64,000 nt of DNA from an uncultured Candidatus Binatia bacterium (GTDB lineage: Bacteria; Desulfobacterota; Binatia; Bin18), in contig OZ241351.1 in assembly GCA_965200355.1 (NCBI GenBank), positions 44,896-108,895 of the forward strand, read 5' to 3'. The position numbers and the translations under genes were made by a program. The notes beneath the pieces were generated by a model. That model was given only the letters and a program-made list of their open reading frames with translations, was not told the DNA's origin and did not search any database. Shown here one piece after another: positions 58,937 through 64,000 of this stretch (the stretch's first letter is position 1; each line of letters begins with the position of its first letter).

Positions 58937-60049
58937 CTAGTGGGTGGGTGGGAGCGACCGGGCCGATGTTGGCAGAATGGAATGAATCGTTGTATCCGCG
59001 TCGTCCGTATACTCGGCCACCCTGACCAGAAAATCAACCGGCAGATACTCGCCGTTGGGCGCGAACTCCAAAAAGACTTTATACACCCCGGCGGTGGGGA
59101 AGACGTGATGCAGCGGAACGTCCGGGCCAAAATACTCCTGTTTTGCCGGCCGGCGCATAAGTTGGACCATGAGCCGGGCCATCTGGTCTGACGACATGCT
59201 GTGACTCCGCATTCCTGCCATCAAGCCGGCCATCTCCGAGGTGTAGGTATGCTGATGGCCGAAATGCTCGCCGTCCAGACGCCAGCTTGCCATATGGACT
59301 TCGGAGCCAAGATAGAGACCCAGATGCGTGACCGGAGTGCCCTCCGCGGAGGTGAGGTGGCACACAATTTCGACCTCATGGCCGGCAATGGGCGGCGACG
59401 GCGACGTGCGCAGGGCAACGCGATACGCCCCGAACTGTTTTTCCTGCCGGAAATCCGGCTCGTCGTCGTGGCTCAGGACCGGCGTGGACGGCCGGCCAGC
59501 CTCCCCCGCGACGGTGACAGTGAAGTGCTTGGTCCAGCTTCTGTCCTTGTGGGTAAACTCATTGACAATGAGATACTGCCCCGCCTTGGGAAACGTATAG
59601 GGGAAATGAAACCGCGCCCGTTGCAGGTCCTGGTCGGTAAGCGGCTGGTAGTCCTCGTGGTGGGTGTGGGCAAAAGTGGAGAAATCGCGGCTCACAATAA
59701 AGGTGTGGAGAGCCCGTTCGTGCAAGACCTGTAAGCCCGAAACTGGCTGGTGCGTCTTGGTATGGGTGATGTGAAAGGTAAGGGTCGTTTCTTTGCCGGC
59801 CTGTGGGGGTGTGGAACCAAGGTCAAGGGTCACGCGATAGGGCCCGGTCGGTGTTGCCACCAGTCGGGTGTCTGCCCCCTCCCGACAGCCGCTGAGGCCA
59901 AACACGCAACACAACACCCCGCTCCAGAGCATAACGTCCAGCCAGAAGCCGGCCCTGAGCCGGCTTCGACTGCCCCCCTTTGGGGCGAGGCTCAGCCCGA
60001 GCGGAGGCGCAGAGCCGGGAGTTGGTGGAGACGGGACCAGCGTCGGCAT
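58937..60049 (-). CDS. Putative His-rich metal-binding lipoprotein (start uncertain)
   Basis: Lipobox LSGC; two repeats HERALH..FAHTH..FP.AG.Y and EVH..FGHQH..FP.AG.Y. Confidence 0.7.
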   Translation of the reverse strand: MPTLVPSPPTPGSAPPLGLSLAPKGGSRSRLRAGFWLDVMLWSGVLCCVFGLSGCREGADTRLVATPTGPYRVTLDLGSTPPQAGKETTLTFHITHTKTHQPVSGLQVLHERALHTFIVSRDFSTFAHTHHEDYQPLTDQDLQRARFHFPYTFPKAGQYLIVNEFTHKDRSWTKHFTVTVAGEAGRPSTPVLSHDDEPDFRQEKQFGAYRVALRTSPSPPIAGHEVEIVCHLTSAEGTPVTHLGLYLGSEVHMASWRLDGEHFGHQHTYTSEMAGLMAGMRSHSMSSDQMARLMVQLMRRPAKQEYFGPDVPLHHVFPTAGVYKVFLEFAPNGEYLPVDFLVRVAEYTDDADTTIHSILPTSARSLPPTH

Positions 60050-60214
60050 AACCCCTACAGTATAAAAAAATGAAGTATTTGTCGATGCTTAGCGTGCTGT
60101 CGAGGTTCTTGCTTTTCTGCAACCATTACTCTATACCGGGAGAAGCCCGTGGGGGTGAACGTTTCTTCTCGCCGGAGAAGGGGCGGAGTTTTTTGGGTGG
60201 AAGGTAGACATATT

Positions 60215-60784
60215 ATGTCCGTAGATCCCCGGATGATTTATCTGTATAGCTATTACCGTGACGCCGAGCTACGGGGCGCGACGCTGCTCTTGAAGTTGAC
60301 CATGCGCGTCGAAGACACCGAATCACAAGTCAAATTATCTCGGCATCTCGCTGACGAAACCCGTCACGCCTGGTTGTGGACAAAACGCATTACCGACCTG
60401 GGGTATGAACCCGTCCTTATTGATGATGGCTACCAGACCCGCATCGGCAGAGCGGTGGGCATCCCGCGCTCGTTGATTGACCTGTTCGCGCTCACGGTCG
60501 TGGTCGAGGAGCGTGCCCAGCGCCGCTATATTGAACACGCCCGGCGGACCGATGTCGATCCTGAGACGCTTGACATCCTGCACGAGGTGACCAAAGACGA
60601 AAAATGGCATATCGGCTGGATCAAAAACGCGCTGCAAGAGATGGCCAGGGCCAACGGTGGCGAAGGAAAAATGCGGGCCAGCCTGCAACGCTACCGGGAT
60701 ATTGATCGGCAGGTCGTGGCTGATTTAATGGTCAAGGAGCGGGAAACGTTTGGCTTTTCGTTTTCTGATGCTCCAGGAGCCTAG
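60215..60784 (+). CDS. Ferritin-like di-iron protein
   Basis: E..DETRH..EE..DEKWH paired EXXH motifs. Confidence 0.85.
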   Translation: MSVDPRMIYLYSYYRDAELRGATLLLKLTMRVEDTESQVKLSRHLADETRHAWLWTKRITDLGYEPVLIDDGYQTRIGRAVGIPRSLIDLFALTVVVEERAQRRYIEHARRTDVDPETLDILHEVTKDEKWHIGWIKNALQEMARANGGEGKMRASLQRYRDIDRQVVADLMVKERETFGFSFSDAPGA

Positions 60785-60846
60785 GAACTCCTCCCAGCGC
60801 CGCCGTCATGCCAGCAGGAATCGTGGGCACAGCACAAGCGACTGCC

Positions 60847-61884
60847 ATGACTGCCCAGACTGAGCCCCGGCCCTCCCCCTCTGTGCAGGGGGCAGAATCT
60901 GTGCAAGGGGCGGAAAAGCAAGAGGGCCGGCCGCGCCGTAGGAAACACATTCGGCCGGCTCGCGAAAAAAAGCACCTGCTGGCCCGGGTCGAATATGTCT
61001 TGTTTCTGGCCCTCTTCGCCTTCTTTCGCGCCCTGCCCTTTCGCCTCGCGTTTCGGGTTGGGGAAGGCCTGGGCACGCTCCTGTACTGGGTAGACTGGCC
61101 GCATCGTCGGGTGGGGATGACCAATCTGGCCCTGGCTTTTCCGGCCAAGGACCGGGCGGAACGGCGTCGTATTCTGCGTGAAAGTTTTCGGAATCTTGGC
61201 CGTTTACTGGCCGAGTTCTGTCATTTACGTTCCCTCACTTCAGAGAATATCCACGAGCGGGTGCGGTTTGAGAACGAAGCCGAATGGCGTCAGTTGGTTG
61301 ACAGCTTCCGCGCTACGGGGGCCCTGATTCTCACCGGACACTTTGGGAACTGGGAACTGTTCGCTCATGCGGCGGCGTGTTACGGCCTGCCTATCCACAT
61401 CATCCATCGCCGTTTACGCAATGTGTTTGTTGAAAAAGTGCTGACCGCAGAGCGCGAACGGTGCGGGACCAAGGTGATTAAAAAGACAACCGCTGGGATT
61501 GAGGTCTTTCGAGCGATAAAGAAAAAGAGCGCGGTTGTGGCCGCGATTGATCAAAACGCCTCCGGGCGGATGGGCGTATTTGTGCCGTTTTTTTCACGCC
61601 TGGCCTCAACCTCAGCCGGGCTTGCCGGCCTGGCTTTGACGACCGGGGTGCCGGTTGTGCCGGCTTTTTTGGTCCGGGAAAACGGCTCGTGCCGGCATAC
61701 GATTGTGCTCTTACCGTTGATTGAGCCCATTCGGACTGGTAACCAGGCGGAGGACCTCCGCGCCACCACCGCAAAATTCACCACCGTATTTCAGGCTATG
61801 GTCGAACGATATCCCGAGCACTGGCTGTGGATCCACAAGCGCTGGAAGCGTCGGCCGGCCGGAGACCCGCCCATCTACAGTTAG
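60847..61884 (+). CDS. Lipid A lauroyl/lysophospholipid acyltransferase (HtrB/LpxL family)
   Basis: TGHFGNWE, DQN..FVPFF, YPEHWLWIHKRWK. Confidence 0.9.
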   Translation: MTAQTEPRPSPSVQGAESVQGAEKQEGRPRRRKHIRPAREKKHLLARVEYVLFLALFAFFRALPFRLAFRVGEGLGTLLYWVDWPHRRVGMTNLALAFPAKDRAERRRILRESFRNLGRLLAEFCHLRSLTSENIHERVRFENEAEWRQLVDSFRATGALILTGHFGNWELFAHAAACYGLPIHIIHRRLRNVFVEKVLTAERERCGTKVIKKTTAGIEVFRAIKKKSAVVAAIDQNASGRMGVFVPFFSRLASTSAGLAGLALTTGVPVVPAFLVRENGSCRHTIVLLPLIEPIRTGNQAEDLRATTAKFTTVFQAMVERYPEHWLWIHKRWKRRPAGDPPIYS

Positions 61885-61910
61885 CCGCATGGGTATGGAG
61901 GAGAACCGTG

Positions 61911-62057
61911 ATGAAGACTCAAGCCGGGCTGAGTGTCCTTGATATTCTGATTACCGTGCTCGTCCTGTCTGTCCTCCTCTTAGCGGCCGCCTATCAATTT
62001 GGGGCGTATGACGGGTTGTCGGTTCAATCCGCAACCCAAGCGGACGAAACAGAGTAG
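61911..62057 (+). CDS. Small prepilin-like membrane peptide
   Basis: MKTQAG|LSVLDILITVLVLSVLLL class III signal-like; GGAGGAG RBS. Confidence 0.5.
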   Translation: MKTQAGLSVLDILITVLVLSVLLLAAAYQFGAYDGLSVQSATQADETE

Positions 62058-62090
62058 CCACGCTGGGGCGTCTCCGCCGGCCGCGCCTGT

Positions 62091-62543
62091 TTACAGCTCA
62101 ACCTGCCGCAATTCGACCTGAGAGGCAGCCAGCAGGTCCTGTATGGCGTGGAGTTTATACGCCGTCTCGTAAAAGACCCGTTGGATACCGGTATTCACCA
62201 GCACCTTCAGACAATGAATACACGGCGTGTGGGTGACGTAGATATCCGCCCCACTGATATTGGTGCCATGCTTTGCCGCTTGGGCAATGGCGTTCATTTC
62301 CGCGTGGATAGTCCGATAGCAGTGCTCTTCAGTCTCTCCGCTTGGAGTCTGTAAGGTATACACTAGGCAGCCCACCTCGGTGCAGTGGGGCTGTCCGGTG
62401 GGCGCACCGTTATAGCCGGTGGTCAGGATATTCCGCTCGCGGACAATGACGGCGCCAACTTTCGCGCGCCGGCAGGTCGAACGCTCGGCCACTTGGCGCG
62501 TGATCGTCATGAAATACTGATGCCAGGAAAGGCGGGCGGTCAT
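62091..62543 (-). CDS. dCMP deaminase / ComEB family
   Basis: RSTCRR..VGA, TGYNG, HAEMNA, PCIHC. Confidence 0.92.
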   Translation of the reverse strand: MTARLSWHQYFMTITRQVAERSTCRRAKVGAVIVRERNILTTGYNGAPTGQPHCTEVGCLVYTLQTPSGETEEHCYRTIHAEMNAIAQAAKHGTNISGADIYVTHTPCIHCLKVLVNTGIQRVFYETAYKLHAIQDLLAASQVELRQVEL

Positions 62544-63553
62544 GGCTGATGCACGAATGTCCAGGCGGGTGACGGCGCTGAGGCTGGCCGGTGTTCGCGC
62601 TGATAGGCCACGGGTGTCACCTCCCTCTCTGGCAGTCGAACACCCGCCTTCAGGGTGATGGGGACGGGGGTAAAAGTCAGGACAAAGAGCCCAACGGTAC
62701 ACCAGCCGTAGATCGTGCGCTTCCGGTCCAGAGGCGACACACTGTCCCCAGTTGGCGGATGCCGGATGCCCAGCAAGAGCAAGAGCACCGCCCACACAAA
62801 CCAGCCTCGCCAGCCCAGAAACCCCAACCCCACAATAACGACCCAAAAGGTCCAGGCTATCCTGTGGTGGGCCGCGCCAAAGAGGGAGTACACCACATGG
62901 CCCCCGTCGAGCTGACCAACCGGAAGCAGGTTGAGAAAGGTGACAAACAGGCCAAACCAGCCGGCAAGTGCAATCGGATGGAGTATGACGCGGACCTCAT
63001 CCGGGGCAACGCCCAGAACGAGGGTGATCAGGGTAGAGAACAGGACCGAGTCGCCAAGAATGATCCCGCCCGACAGGGGGGCCAGAGGCCGCACCTCGGA
63101 CAGGGACAGACCAACGATCACCGCCGGAATGGCGAACAGAACCCCAGCCCATGGACCGGCCGCCCCAATGTCGAAAAGCGCGCGGCGATTGGTCGGGGCC
63201 GACTTCATCCGAATAAACGCCCCAAAAGTGCCAACAAAGAAGGGCGGACCAGGAATGAAATACGGCAGGCTGGCCCAGACCCCATGAATACGCGCCAGGA
63301 GGTAATGCCCCATTTCATGGCTGAGGAGGATGAGCAGTAAAGTGAGGGCAAACGGCAACCCCAATATCAGCGCAGACGGGTCACTGAGGGGGTCCCCACC
63401 CGCCTGAAAGGTGCCGGCCAGCGTGGTGGTCAAGAGGGTGGCCCCAAACAGGACGATATGGATAGGCGGGATTGTTCTTGGCGGTCCACTCCGGGGCGGC
63501 ACAGGGAGCGGACCAGGCCGCGGGACAGCGTGATTGAGCGATGGTTGCGTCAT
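62540..63553 (-). CDS. Site-2 protease (M50) family protein
   Basis: HEMGH, GTFGAFI, NLLPVGQLDGGH. Confidence 0.93.
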   Translation of the reverse strand: MTQPSLNHAVPRPGPLPVPPRSGPPRTIPPIHIVLFGATLLTTTLAGTFQAGGDPLSDPSALILGLPFALTLLLILLSHEMGHYLLARIHGVWASLPYFIPGPPFFVGTFGAFIRMKSAPTNRRALFDIGAAGPWAGVLFAIPAVIVGLSLSEVRPLAPLSGGIILGDSVLFSTLITLVLGVAPDEVRVILHPIALAGWFGLFVTFLNLLPVGQLDGGHVVYSLFGAAHHRIAWTFWVVIVGLGFLGWRGWFVWAVLLLLLGIRHPPTGDSVSPLDRKRTIYGWCTVGLFVLTFTPVPITLKAGVRLPEREVTPVAYQREHRPASAPSPAWTFVHQP

Positions 63554-63945
63554 GCCCCATATCCCAACTTATACGTGACCAGCCCCTTGGCAATCCGCTC
63601 TCCGGTTGCGGCCGTGACATCGACCTCAATAAAGACCAGGCTCCGTCCGCGCCGCATGACCTGGGCTTCCGCGATGAGCTCAACGGCATGGGCCGCAGAT
63701 AAGTAGTTGACCGAGATATCCGCCGTGGCTCCGCGGGTGGCGCTAGGGTCGGCCGCAGACCACGCCGCAACCACCCCGGCGCTATCAATCAGGGTCGCAA
63801 TGACCCCCCCGTGGACAACATCCCCGGCGGTCCGCAGGGCGGGCCTGAAGGGCAGGCGGAGGCGGCAGAATTCCGGGGCCACCCGGTCGAGGCGAAAACC
63901 GAGGAGGGCCTGGAAGGGGTCGAGCGGGGGCTGGAAATCGGTCAT
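63550..63945 (-). CDS. PaaI family thioesterase
   Basis: VHGGVIATLID, SVNYL, RRGRSL. Confidence 0.9.
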   Translation of the reverse strand: MTDFQPPLDPFQALLGFRLDRVAPEFCRLRLPFRPALRTAGDVVHGGVIATLIDSAGVVAAWSAADPSATRGATADISVNYLSAAHAVELIAEAQVMRRGRSLVFIEVDVTAATGERIAKGLVTYKLGYGA

Positions 63946-63956
63946 GAGATGGGGGG

Positions 63957-63984
63957 AGTTGTCAGTTGTTAGTTGTTAGTTTTT
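63957..63984 (+). repeat. Short degenerate heptamer tandem repeat
   Basis: AGTTGTC AGTTGTT AGTTGTT AGTTTTT. Confidence 0.55.
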
Positions 63985-64000
63985 CGTTACTATCCACTAT

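Overview
GC-rich bacterial chromosomal window. Gene content (LRR/Ig/FN3 secreted protein, HpnH, many LLM/CoA-transferase/amidohydrolase genes) suggests a sponge-type symbiont such as Binatia/Deltaproteobacteria, but this is inference only. About 60 CDSs, mostly catabolic and housekeeping. No rRNA, tRNA, CRISPR array, integrase or transposase was seen. Main points: (1) A decaying type I restriction-modification island (16.6-25.0 kb) carries a HigB remnant, a HEPN/MNT toxin-antitoxin pair and an orphan AT-rich gene. Its hsdS contains an in-frame DUF559 (Vsr-like) endonuclease bounded by perfect 28-bp inverted repeats that are themselves hairpins. Related hairpin repeats occur in frame inside hsdM and between convergent genes, suggesting an undescribed nuclease-plus-palindrome selfish element analogous to RAYT/REP. 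(2) A urease-like ureF-ureAB-ureC-ureD cluster keeps all Ni ligands but has a remodelled flap and substrate loop. (3) A nitrilase-superfamily protein lacks the catalytic Cys. (4) A fragmented secreted Ig-LRR-FN3 gene is preceded by a (TCAGCCC)5 tract and a ladder of ATGA stop/start overlaps. (5) Several nested REP-like families are present. (6) Four in-frame nonsense codons are compatible with C-to-T decay. All product calls come from motif recognition; no database search was run.
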